A DNA stretch of 64,000 nucleotides from Bacteroidota bacterium (GTDB lineage: Bacteria > Bacteroidota > Bacteroidia > Chitinophagales > JADIYW01), in the NCBI GenBank assembly GCA_028288625.1, contig JAQBNI010000122.1:27508-91507 (forward strand), read 5' to 3'. The notes below the pieces were generated by a model. It ran no database searches. It worked only from the letters and a program-made list of their open reading frames with translations, and had not been told where the DNA came from. Position numbers and translations under genes: made by a program. Shown here piece after piece: positions 28,223 through 36,418 of this stretch (the first letter of the stretch is position 1; every line of letters begins with the position of its first letter).

Positions 28223-28349
28223 AGGAAATCACCATACGAGATTTTGAGTAGGGCGGTAACCAGTCACCTGCACTGCGTTCTAAAAATATAAATAGATAAT
28301 AATTCTGCGAAATTGATAGGGCCGATAGGAGAAGCACTTTTAGTTTAAT

Positions 28350-28574
28350 CTATTTGTAATTTATATCAATTAACTCTATCATTGTTACTTGTAAAGCAAT
28401 AGAAAGTTTATGTAGTGTAAGAAAAGTTGGATTAGTATTTCCCGCTTCTATTCTCGCTAAATTAGATTGTTCAATATCGCACGCATAAGCTAATTCAGTT
28501 TGCGTTAAACCCTTACTTGTGCGCAATTCTGCGACACGTTTTCCTAAATTCTTTAATACTTTTTCATCCGACAT
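28350..28574 (-). CDS. XRE-family (Cro/CI-type) helix-turn-helix transcriptional regulator
   Basis: 74 aa. LTQTELAYACDIEQSNLARIEAG is a classic HTH_3 pattern. Confidence 0.85.
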   Translation of the reverse strand: MSDEKVLKNLGKRVAELRTSKGLTQTELAYACDIEQSNLARIEAGNTNPTFLTLHKLSIALQVTMIELIDINYK

Positions 28575-28673
28575 CGGACGAAAAATGAACTAAAAATTAA
28601 TCTATCCTTATATCATTTATGATATATTATTTGTATATTACATTATTACAAAATCCAAATATTATGAAAAGTT

Positions 28674-29974
28674 TAAAGTGTCTCTTGCTATTTTTTATTT
28701 CCATGTTTATTCTTTGTTGCAAAAAGCCAACGAATAATAATACATCTTCTAATTCTCTTCCTGTAATTGTTGAACTTCAAAATTCCAATATCCAAGTGAC
28801 TTCATCTGTTTCATGTACTGTGACTGCTTCAATAACATCCGATGGCGGCACATCAATTACAGCAAAAGGGTTTTGTTGGAGCATCAATCATAATCCCACA
28901 GTTAATGATAACAAAACTAATAATGGAACCGGCATAAATAGTTTTACATCTCATATAAATGGATTGCATCCAATGACGACTTATTATTTACGAGTATATG
29001 CCACAAATGCAAACGGTACTGCATATAGTAATGAAGTAAGTTTCATCACTAATGATTCAATTGTAGCTCGTGTGCCGACAGTTTTAACCTTAACATACGC
29101 GTTTAATTTAATTAGTGAGTTTACTACCGTTTATTCACGATTAGTAGATAGCGGAAGTGTTGATGACAGCGGATATACGACATTATGTTGTAAAGGTGTA
29201 GTATTTTCTACACAACATAATCCAACAGTAGATATGATGGGAACTCCTCCTGCGGGTGTAGATTCCGCAGCCGGTTACTTTTATACAAATTTATTTGGTT
29301 TAGCACCTAACACAACATATTATGCAAGAGCTTACGCTACTAATGCAGTAGGAGTAGGTTATGGAAATGAAATTAGTTTTACCACTCCACCACAATCTAT
29401 AACAGATATAGATGGGAATCTATATGCTACAGTTCAAATTGGTACACAAACTTGGATGAAAGAAAACTTACGAGTAAAAAAGTTTAATGACGGAACTCCT
29501 ATACGTAACGTAACTGATGATAATGCTTGGTCAGTACTCACAACACCAGCCTGGTGTTATTTAAATAATGATGCTAATAATGATAACATATATGGCAAAC
29601 TATACAACTGGTACGCAGTTAATAGTTCAAAAAAAATATGCCCTGTTGGATGGAGGGTATCGGCAAAGACGGACTGGTTAACTTTACAAAATTATGTTGG
29701 TTCCAACGCAGGAAAACACTTAAAAGCAAATAGTCCATTATGGAATACCAATACAGGAGATAACACTACTGGATTTACTGCACTACCGGGTGGCAACAGA
29801 ACACAAACTGGTGGATGGCTTCCTGTTGGAAATGCAGCTTCATTTTGGACTTCAACTATCTTTAATTCTACAATCGCTTATAGCATTAATTTGGGTGCGC
29901 TTTCAGATAGCCTTTCCATTATTTCTTTATTTGATGATAAAACTGGAATGTCTGTGAGATGTATCAAGCAGTAA
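28674..29974 (+). CDS. FISUMP (Fibrobacter succinogenes major paralogous) domain lipoprotein
   Basis: Lipoprotein signal MKSLKCLLLFFISMFILCCKK. The C-terminal TIGTQTWMKENL...YGKLYNW...GWRV...GFTALPGG...SVRCIK pattern is shared with 60851..61837. The ORF-track start 28619 was rejected in favour of 28674. Confidence 0.8.
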
Positions 29975-30124
29975 AGCGTTGAAGCGTGTTTATGTGGGGA
30001 ACTTTATTACTTCGGTTCCACACCATTTTAAAGTGCATATTTTTAACGATAAAACTGTCATTGCCGTTTACATGATTACTAAATGAAAGCCTCTTAAATA
30101 AAGGATATGACAGTTTTTGCAGTA

Positions 30125-30436
30125 CTACTCAAAGCTAATATACCTATCCAACGACTTTAGTATATCAACATACAAGTTTCCAAGGAAAGTTGCGTATTTG
30201 TAAGGTGTGCTGTTTGTTGTATCGAATTTGGACAGCTTGTCAATTACCCATTGCAACTTCTCCATGCGTGTACACATTGCTTGCAATCGGGCAGTATCTA
30301 AATACAATTCTTTGACGCTACCTATATATTGCCTACCAATAATATTATCATCGTATTTGAAAAGGCGCTTCCAAATCCAATCTACGACGTGTTCATAATC
30401 GCTGTCTTTATCGCTTAAGTTATAGTTTGTTTCCAT
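30125..30436 (-). CDS. Hypothetical protein
   Basis: 103-aa ORF in the island maintenance region. Confidence 0.5.
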   Translation of the reverse strand: METNYNLSDKDSDYEHVVDWIWKRLFKYDDNIIGRQYIGSVKELYLDTARLQAMCTRMEKLQWVIDKLSKFDTTNSTPYKYATFLGNLYVDILKSLDRYISFE

Positions 30437-30576
30437 TCTTCTGTTTCTATTAAATATTCAAAAAACATTATTGCAGAAATAAAAAGTAAGGCAAAAACAA
30501 ATTCTGTAAATATTATTAGCTTGACATGAACTGAAGTTATCGTGTAGGGACGTAGTTGTATTGCCGGTGATATCGT

Positions 30577-30933
30577 CTACCGTCCACATGTCCAATGATT
30601 AGGGTTGCCTTCAATCTTATTGAAGAACTCCATGAAACTTTCAAGATTATTTACATACATATCTTTCCGAATCATGATGCTATATTCATAATCAACATTT
30701 ATATGGATTTTTTTTATTTTACCTTTTAATGGGTTGAAAAAATGTACAATTACATCAATTACATCATCTGCGTCATTGTAATGCTCTTCAAAATGTAAAG
30801 GTTCGGACTGAAAATCATGTACTATTGTTCTAATCGACTGAGCGAGTGCGGAAGTAGTTTTGTCGTCATGATTTGGACATTTGTTTCTCACAGGAGGTAT
30901 TACCTTTACTTTTTGTTTGTGCTCGTTTTTCAT
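30577..30933 (-). CDS. Hypothetical protein
   Basis: 118-aa ORF. Confidence 0.5.
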   Translation of the reverse strand: MKNEHKQKVKVIPPVRNKCPNHDDKTTSALAQSIRTIVHDFQSEPLHFEEHYNDADDVIDVIVHFFNPLKGKIKKIHINVDYEYSIMIRKDMYVNNLESFMEFFNKIEGNPNHWTCGR

Positions 30934-30972
30934 AATATTTATTTTAATTGTTATTAATAATGTGTTGGCGAT

Positions 30973-31512
30973 TTAGTTACTCGACAAATCATTCATGTTT
31001 GTTTGCAGTTGCCTTTCTTTTTCTACGAGGTCCTCTCGTAAAAATGGATTAATAGCATCGCGACTATTTATTATTTCGAGTTTCAAATTTGCGTTGAGCA
31101 GATATGATGTTTCTCCAACAAAATCAATAAAGTCGTAGAATGTTCGTATACATAAAACCTTTTTTTCCGAATTATAGCTGCCGTTTTGAGTAACGTCAAT
31201 TATAATCCAATTTATTTTATCATACCCAATTACAAGCGTTAGAATAGGATGGGTGTTTGTTTCGATAGGTGTGTCACCTTCATAAAAGAAAATGGCTTTG
31301 TTTCTCACATAAAAATAAGTTTCCATTGAATCTAATAACTGAAGGTTATTTTTATCCTTTCGAGGTTTAGGTTTTTTAAAACCGAAATACTCACAAGCCT
31401 CTGTACTCAATTTATCGAGTTGTAAAAGGAGAATTTTATTCATTTCTTCTTTTTCTTTTGTTTGCTGAAAATCATTTTTTTTGTCTTCTGTAAATTTGTT
31501 TTTTGTTTTCAT
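30973..31512 (-). CDS. Hypothetical protein
   Basis: 179-aa ORF that starts 5 nt after the upstream gene ends. Confidence 0.55.
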   Translation of the reverse strand: MKTKNKFTEDKKNDFQQTKEKEEMNKILLLQLDKLSTEACEYFGFKKPKPRKDKNNLQLLDSMETYFYVRNKAIFFYEGDTPIETNTHPILTLVIGYDKINWIIIDVTQNGSYNSEKKVLCIRTFYDFIDFVGETSYLLNANLKLEIINSRDAINPFLREDLVEKERQLQTNMNDLSSN

Positions 31513-31517
31513 TGTTT

Positions 31518-32222
31518 TTATTTTAAAAGGAGTAATGGCTTTAATAGCCCCGTAAGAATTAGAAAGGACATGTAGTTGTTTACAAATATGCTCTGCCTGT
31601 TTATCCGTTTGTAGAGGAACCTGGTGTCGATATTAATATATTTTATACCGTTGTAAGGCTGCTTTAAGATTATACGTTTATATCCTTTACGGTTATATTC
31701 TACATTAAAATAATTCAGTGTGACTTCAGTGCAAAGGCAAAGTTCCGCTGAAGTTTTCTCGTCATGCTGACGATTTACCCGGTATAGGTACTTTTGAATT
31801 TCATTTAGTTTTTCAAATATTAATTTGTTAATTGGGGAGTAAACTTTTTTATAATTTTTAAGTGCTAACCGAAAATTATATTCAAATTCAGCGTACAAAT
31901 TAAATGCAATAATGAAGGCTCGAAAACTATTTACAGTTACAGTATTTCCTTTCACAAAATAATCCGACTTATTATTAACATCCGTTTTTATGTTTTCTAT
32001 CCCGTAATAAGAATGACGTAAACATATACGTACAGTATTGTTTTTCTTAAAGTGCTCTTCGTAAGGAATATTTAATAGTTCTAATGTCTCAGCAATTGCA
32101 TAAGCTAATTGAGAATCGTTTTGGTCTTTAGTAAAATCATAATGCGATTGATAAATTTTTCTCCTCCACATATTAAGCATGTTAATTAATTTCTTTTCGT
32201 TTAACTTTGTTATGTATTCCAT
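31518..32222 (-). CDS. Hypothetical protein
   Basis: 234-aa ORF. Confidence 0.55.
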   Translation of the reverse strand: MEYITKLNEKKLINMLNMWRRKIYQSHYDFTKDQNDSQLAYAIAETLELLNIPYEEHFKKNNTVRICLRHSYYGIENIKTDVNNKSDYFVKGNTVTVNSFRAFIIAFNLYAEFEYNFRLALKNYKKVYSPINKLIFEKLNEIQKYLYRVNRQHDEKTSAELCLCTEVTLNYFNVEYNRKGYKRIILKQPYNGIKYINIDTRFLYKRINRQSIFVNNYMSFLILTGLLKPLLLLK

Positions 32223-32289
32223 TATATTTATTATATTTTAAATTAAAATGTACATTCTTATTCTTTATCTTAATGATAAAATTGTACAA

Positions 32290-33237
32290 TCAGCGAAAAC
32301 ACAGTTCCCATTCTTGTTCAATTTTATTCCTCACTTCAGCGTGGTAGCCCTTACCGTGCATATCAATTAGCCGCCGTAGAACATTCCGCTGATAATTCAT
32401 TTTCCTTCTGTTCTTTTCTTTTAAAGCAGTCCAGTAGTGATGATTATCACCATGCGACTGTAAATGTTTTTGTAGGGACGTAAGAACCAATCCTTCTGTG
32501 TTAATTCGCTCGAAAACCAAAACATCATCCCATGCAGTTATAAGAAGTTCTTTTAACTTGTATACTTTATCGTAATTCAACAAGTCATCTACAGTAGTTA
32601 TCCCGTATGTACATCTTAGTTTTTGCATGACTTTCCACTTATCTTCAAATCTGAGCAGGAAATATGGAAGGTCATACTGCAGCCCTTTGTCATAACATTT
32701 AACTGTGTGGTGCGAGAGTTCACAGTATGCGCCTAACTTTTTTCCAGTTTTATCCCTGCTATAAGGACAAAACGGTTGATTCTGGTAATTGATAAAACTA
32801 TTTCCAATCGTAGCCGAAGGATTAAAACTTACATGTATATTAACACCCAGCTCAATGTTTTGAATTTTTATTTTCCTTGGATTCAGTTTTAATTTACTGC
32901 AAACAATTTCTGCTTCATCTGCAAGGGCGTTAAACGTAAACAGCTTCCAGTTACTCCCCCCTTGACTGGATTTATGAAAACTTCCACGGAAGTTCAAGTA
33001 GAATTTGCGTGAATTGTCTTCTTTAATCACTTCGTTTACATCCAATCTATACTTGCGCCACAATGCAGTATGTTTTACTGTGTAGTAACTATCGCCGCTT
33101 TTTTCGTTGTACCTTTTATATGTTTGTATTTCACCAGTTCCCGTCGTATCTGTCGGGTTGTAGAAAGTAAGATTGGTAGCCGCTTTCCATTCGGCAAAAT
33201 CATCTAACTCCGCTTGATACTTGCCACCATCAATCAT
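32290..33237 (-). CDS. Possible replication initiation protein (Rep_trans / gene II-X-like)
   Basis: 315 aa. KYRLDVNEV, VKCYDKGLQY and LLRFEDKW loosely resemble the RxD, YDK and RxE blocks of rolling-circle-type initiators. It overlaps the upstream HTH gene by 4 nt. The functional call is weak. Confidence 0.35.
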   Translation of the reverse strand: MIDGGKYQAELDDFAEWKAATNLTFYNPTDTTGTGEIQTYKRYNEKSGDSYYTVKHTALWRKYRLDVNEVIKEDNSRKFYLNFRGSFHKSSQGGSNWKLFTFNALADEAEIVCSKLKLNPRKIKIQNIELGVNIHVSFNPSATIGNSFINYQNQPFCPYSRDKTGKKLGAYCELSHHTVKCYDKGLQYDLPYFLLRFEDKWKVMQKLRCTYGITTVDDLLNYDKVYKLKELLITAWDDVLVFERINTEGLVLTSLQKHLQSHGDNHHYWTALKEKNRRKMNYQRNVLRRLIDMHGKGYHAEVRNKIEQEWELCFR

Positions 33238-33533
33238 AACTGTTTATATTTAAGTGTATCGATATTTTGTAGGGCTTCTTCGACCTGTTGTTTAGTATAA
33301 TAGATACGACGACCCAACTTTTTTGGAATCAGTAGTTTTTTCTTGTGCCAGTTATGTAAAGTGGTCAAGCATACTTTTAAGTACATGGCTGCTTCGGTAG
33401 ATGACATTAAATATGTTTCGTTTCCTTCAGCAATTAGCATTTTAATTTCCTTTAGAAGTAATTGCGTTTGCTTTGTGCTTTCTATTAGTAAATGGATGTA
33501 ATTATCTGTCATCATCTCTTTTTTGAATTGCAA
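33234..33533 (-). CDS. Excisionase-like / MerR-type helix-turn-helix DNA-binding protein
   Basis: 99 aa. MSSTEAAMYLKVCLTTLHNWHKKKLLIPKKLGRRIYYTKQQVEEAL fits the HTH_17/excisionase pattern common in Bacteroidota integrative elements. Confidence 0.7.
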   Translation of the reverse strand: MQFKKEMMTDNYIHLLIESTKQTQLLLKEIKMLIAEGNETYLMSSTEAAMYLKVCLTTLHNWHKKKLLIPKKLGRRIYYTKQQVEEALQNIDTLKYKQL

Positions 33534-33626
33534 AGATTGACAGATTATAGTGGCAGACTTAATACAAGTTGTGATATATTTTTACTGCACAACTTGACTG
33601 TATAACATATAGATAATCAGCCATAT

Positions 33627-34301
33627 TCAAGGTTTTAACTTGAAATTATTTTGTTGTAACTGGTTTTCAATGTCTGAGAAAAATTTAAATGCAACATTAG
33701 AAGCATTTTCTTTTTCTAATATTTCTTTAGTGCGGTAAAGGCCATTCTTTATCCGTTGATAAGCAGCGTATGTGCCACGACTTTTTGAAATAGTTGTTAC
33801 TAAATTATTTGCTCTCTTAAAGCTACATTCACTTATAGAAGAAGTATATTTTTGAAAAAATGGAAGCAGTTGCGATTCATTAAGAGATAAGCAAAAAGCA
33901 GCTAAGGCTATATCAGTATTGGTGTATTTATTTGACTTTTTAGTTAGTATTTTTTTGGTAGCATCGAAACTATAAAAACTATTTGGTGACTTTAAATATA
34001 TTATATTATGTTTCTTCATTTCATTTTTAAGAAACTCGTCTATTTTTTGAAAGAGAGGATGTTTACAACCATCGGCAAACTTTTCAAACCTTTTGGAGAA
34101 GGCTCTATACTTAATTTGTTGTTCATTCAAAAATAATGCTATCCGGTCTGCATTCCTTTTTTTTAAATAATAATATTTTCCTTTGAAGCTATTAAACTGT
34201 TTATTCAGTACGGGGTATGTTATTTGGTCTACATCCGCCTGCCTGATACTTCCACCTTCATTATTTTTTGTACCGATAGGAAATATGTCTTCGTATTTCA
34301 T
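33627..34301 (-). CDS. Hypothetical protein
   Basis: 224-aa ORF immediately downstream of the integrase. Confidence 0.55.
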   Translation of the reverse strand: MKYEDIFPIGTKNNEGGSIRQADVDQITYPVLNKQFNSFKGKYYYLKKRNADRIALFLNEQQIKYRAFSKRFEKFADGCKHPLFQKIDEFLKNEMKKHNIIYLKSPNSFYSFDATKKILTKKSNKYTNTDIALAAFCLSLNESQLLPFFQKYTSSISECSFKRANNLVTTISKSRGTYAAYQRIKNGLYRTKEILEKENASNVAFKFFSDIENQLQQNNFKLKP

Positions 34302-34313
34302 AATTTGTAATTT

Positions 34314-35663
34314 TTAATTTTTAAAAAATGATTTTTTATCTATCAACCGTTGGGCCTTTTGTATAACAGATGCGCGGTTGTACCTGTTAAATACCCGAGG
34401 GTCTTTATGGCCAGTAATAGTTCGTATTTCCGCTTCCTCAAATTCACCCGACAAGAATAAATTAGTGGACACCGTTCTTCTTGCTGTATGGAATACCATA
34501 AATTTATATTTCGGCTCTTCTGATACAACTGTCTTGTCCTTATATGTCCTTGATTGCTTAACCTTATCATTTATTTTTGCAAGTTTGCCAATCTCTTTCA
34601 GGTATCGATTCATTACTGGATTAGACAGTATTACTGGCATTTGCAAATCATGTTTTTTAAATATTTGTACTGCTCTTTGATGAAGAGGAATTGCAAGCTC
34701 TATACCAGTTTTTTTTGTTTTAATAATAAGTATATATGCATCCCCGTATGGTTGGATTTCATAATCAGGATTAATAAAATCACTATACCTTAAGCCGGTA
34801 TAACATGCTATCAAATAGATATCACGCACTTTATCAAGCGTAGGTTGCTTGCTTAAATCAACATTATATAACTTATCAATGTCTTCATCAGTTAAATAAA
34901 TTAACTCTGTATCCTCCTTCATAATTTTAAACTCAGTTTTCAAAAAAATATCATTTTTATGAATCTCCTTGTTATAAGTATACTTCATAAAATTTTTAAT
35001 ATTTTTTATTTGGCACCCAATAGTGTTTTTAGCTTTATTTTCTTCTTTAAGTATTTTAATAAAATGATAGTACCAATTGAGATTAATATCTTCGAACGTC
35101 ATTTTTTTTCGTTTAAAATATTTTGTTTCGTACTTTTTTAAATTATGTAATGTTGTGCCGTGTGATTTGATATACGTTTCTGACATCCTATGACCATTTC
35201 TAAGCCCTTTTGTATTAAGACGGTTACCATTTTTCATTTCATCAATAAATTCTTGGTAATGTTCTGTTAGATATTCAACCTTTGCTTTGACAGGCTTAAT
35301 TTTCTTATTCAATAATTTATTTAAGAACTCCTGTAATTGTAAAGGTTCCGGGATGAGATGTGCCGATACGTATTGTTGTATTTCGCGACGTAGCGCTTGT
35401 TCTATATTAATTAGCTTATTATGAATTTGCCTATTTACAACTGCAATTTTTTTTGCTGTTTCTGTTGGTAGCTCCATGTTAAGCTCATTGAAAGTTTTAG
35501 GGCGTTGGTCTACTTTATCGGAATACCAATACTTCGGTAAAATTTTTTCACCTATTGAATAGGATAATTTTTTATTGTAATAGTTATAGATTAAGTAGAT
35601 ATGCGTAGGCTTATCTGAATGTGGTTTATGCAGGTGAAATTTGAAGTTTGTTTTTAAAGACAT
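34314..35663 (-). CDS. int: Tyrosine-type site-specific integrase
   Basis: 449 aa. ACYTGLRYSD (box I Arg), HTARRT (HxxR) and GHKDPRVFNRY (His...Tyr nucleophile), with a Bacteroidota-style long N-terminal arm-binding/SAM-like region. Confidence 0.9.
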   Translation of the reverse strand: MSLKTNFKFHLHKPHSDKPTHIYLIYNYYNKKLSYSIGEKILPKYWYSDKVDQRPKTFNELNMELPTETAKKIAVVNRQIHNKLINIEQALRREIQQYVSAHLIPEPLQLQEFLNKLLNKKIKPVKAKVEYLTEHYQEFIDEMKNGNRLNTKGLRNGHRMSETYIKSHGTTLHNLKKYETKYFKRKKMTFEDINLNWYYHFIKILKEENKAKNTIGCQIKNIKNFMKYTYNKEIHKNDIFLKTEFKIMKEDTELIYLTDEDIDKLYNVDLSKQPTLDKVRDIYLIACYTGLRYSDFINPDYEIQPYGDAYILIIKTKKTGIELAIPLHQRAVQIFKKHDLQMPVILSNPVMNRYLKEIGKLAKINDKVKQSRTYKDKTVVSEEPKYKFMVFHTARRTVSTNLFLSGEFEEAEIRTITGHKDPRVFNRYNRASVIQKAQRLIDKKSFFKN

Positions 35664-35767
35664 ACAATTGAATTATACTTCAATTTAATCTTTTAAACCT
35701 ACCTCTCAAAAGGGTTTTTTAATTGATAATCAATACGTTACAAAGCCATTTTGTCACTATTTTCCTG

Positions 35768-35830
35768 TACGTCATTTTTTACGTCAGATGTATATTTTTA
35801 CGCCATTTTTTACGTCAGATTTTTTACATC
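35768..35830. repeat. Cluster of TTTTTACGTCA-like boxes (candidate integrase arm-type sites)
   Basis: CATTTTTTACGTCAGAT is perfectly repeated at 35773-35789 and 35804-35820. Related TACGTCA/TACGCC/TACATC boxes start at 35768, 35799 and 35825, between int and the att core. Confidence 0.5.
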
Positions 35831-35927
35831 TAAATGCATTAATGAGATGTAAGTAAATGTAAAAACCTAATAAAAACAGCCCGTTTCACACAAACGATAT
35901 TCATTTGAATGTAACGAGCTGTAAAAG

Positions 35928-35995
35928 TGGTAGTCCCTGCGAGAATCGAACTTGCATTAAAAGTTTAGGAAACTGCTGTTCTATCGAACTGACCA
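35928..35995 (-). pseudogene. Chimeric tRNA-Arg(CCT)-like pseudo-tRNA lacking a 5' acceptor strand
   Basis: The reverse complement reads ..GGTCAGTTCGATAGAACAGCAGTTTCCTAAACTTTTAATGCAAGTTCGATTCTCGCAGGGACTACCA. The D arm through the T loop aligns with the intact tRNA-Arg 290 bp away. The T-stem 3' side, the acceptor and an encoded CCA differ, and no AGTCCCT partner strand is present. Confidence 0.5.
35930..35946. repeat. Right copy of the 17-bp island direct repeat (att core)
   Basis: GTAGTCCCTGCGAGAAT, identical to 9990..10006. Confidence 0.65.
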
Positions 35996-36282
35996 AAAGA
36001 TTCATTAAAACGATTAGATGTTACAAAGCATAAAATCACGTGATAATAAAACCCATTTTGATCCTGAATGAATATGGACCGTAACATTTTTTACAATAAC
36101 AAGTAAAATAAAAAAACGGCTAATTGTCGGTTCCTGGAGTTTATGTTAGCGAAGGCTTTGTAATCCCTGCGAACCCGGATTATGTTCAGATATCTTTATT
36201 CAAATCTTCACAATGACTCTTCGAAAAAGTTCTGATGAATACTTTTGATGAGATAAGCAAAATAAATTATTGCTATTAAGAG

Positions 36283-36354
36283 TGGTCTCGACAGGAATCG
36301 AACCTGTATCAAAAGTTTAGGAAACTTCTATTCTATCCGTTGAACTACGAGACC
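36283..36354 (-). tRNA. tRNA-Arg (anticodon CCT)
   Basis: My manual cloverleaf is GGTCTCG-TA-GTTC-AACGGATA-GAAT-A-GAAGT-TTCCTAA-ACTTT-TGAT-ACAGG-TTCGATT-CCTGT-CGAGACC-A. All stems pair, there is a GG in the D loop and TTCGATT in the T loop. Confidence 0.85.
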
Positions 36355-36418
36355 TTTTGTAAAATGTTGAATTAAAACTCCGGATATCATTCAACATTCA
36401 ACATTTAAAAATTCAAAA

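Larger units (their letters stand above)
9990..35946. mobile_element. tRNA-associated integrative genomic island (~26 kb) carrying defence-like cargo
   Basis: Perfect 17-bp direct repeats at both ends. The right copy lies inside a tRNA-like sequence next to a tyrosine integrase and an excisionase-like HTH. The interior is visibly more A+T-rich, and housekeeping genes resume outside. Confidence 0.7.

Noticed and set aside
35831-35850. A 12-mer (ATTAATGAGATG) shared in inverted orientation with 41203-41216, as a possible second att or IR
   Set aside because: A 12-nt match is expected many times by chance in 64 kb of AT-rich sequence on both strands, and nothing flanking it is similar.
9990-35946. 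Interpreting the island as a prophage or a conjugative element
   Set aside because: I see no terminase, portal, capsid or tail genes, and no relaxase, coupling protein or T4SS genes. Only integrase, an excisionase-like HTH and a weak Rep candidate are present.
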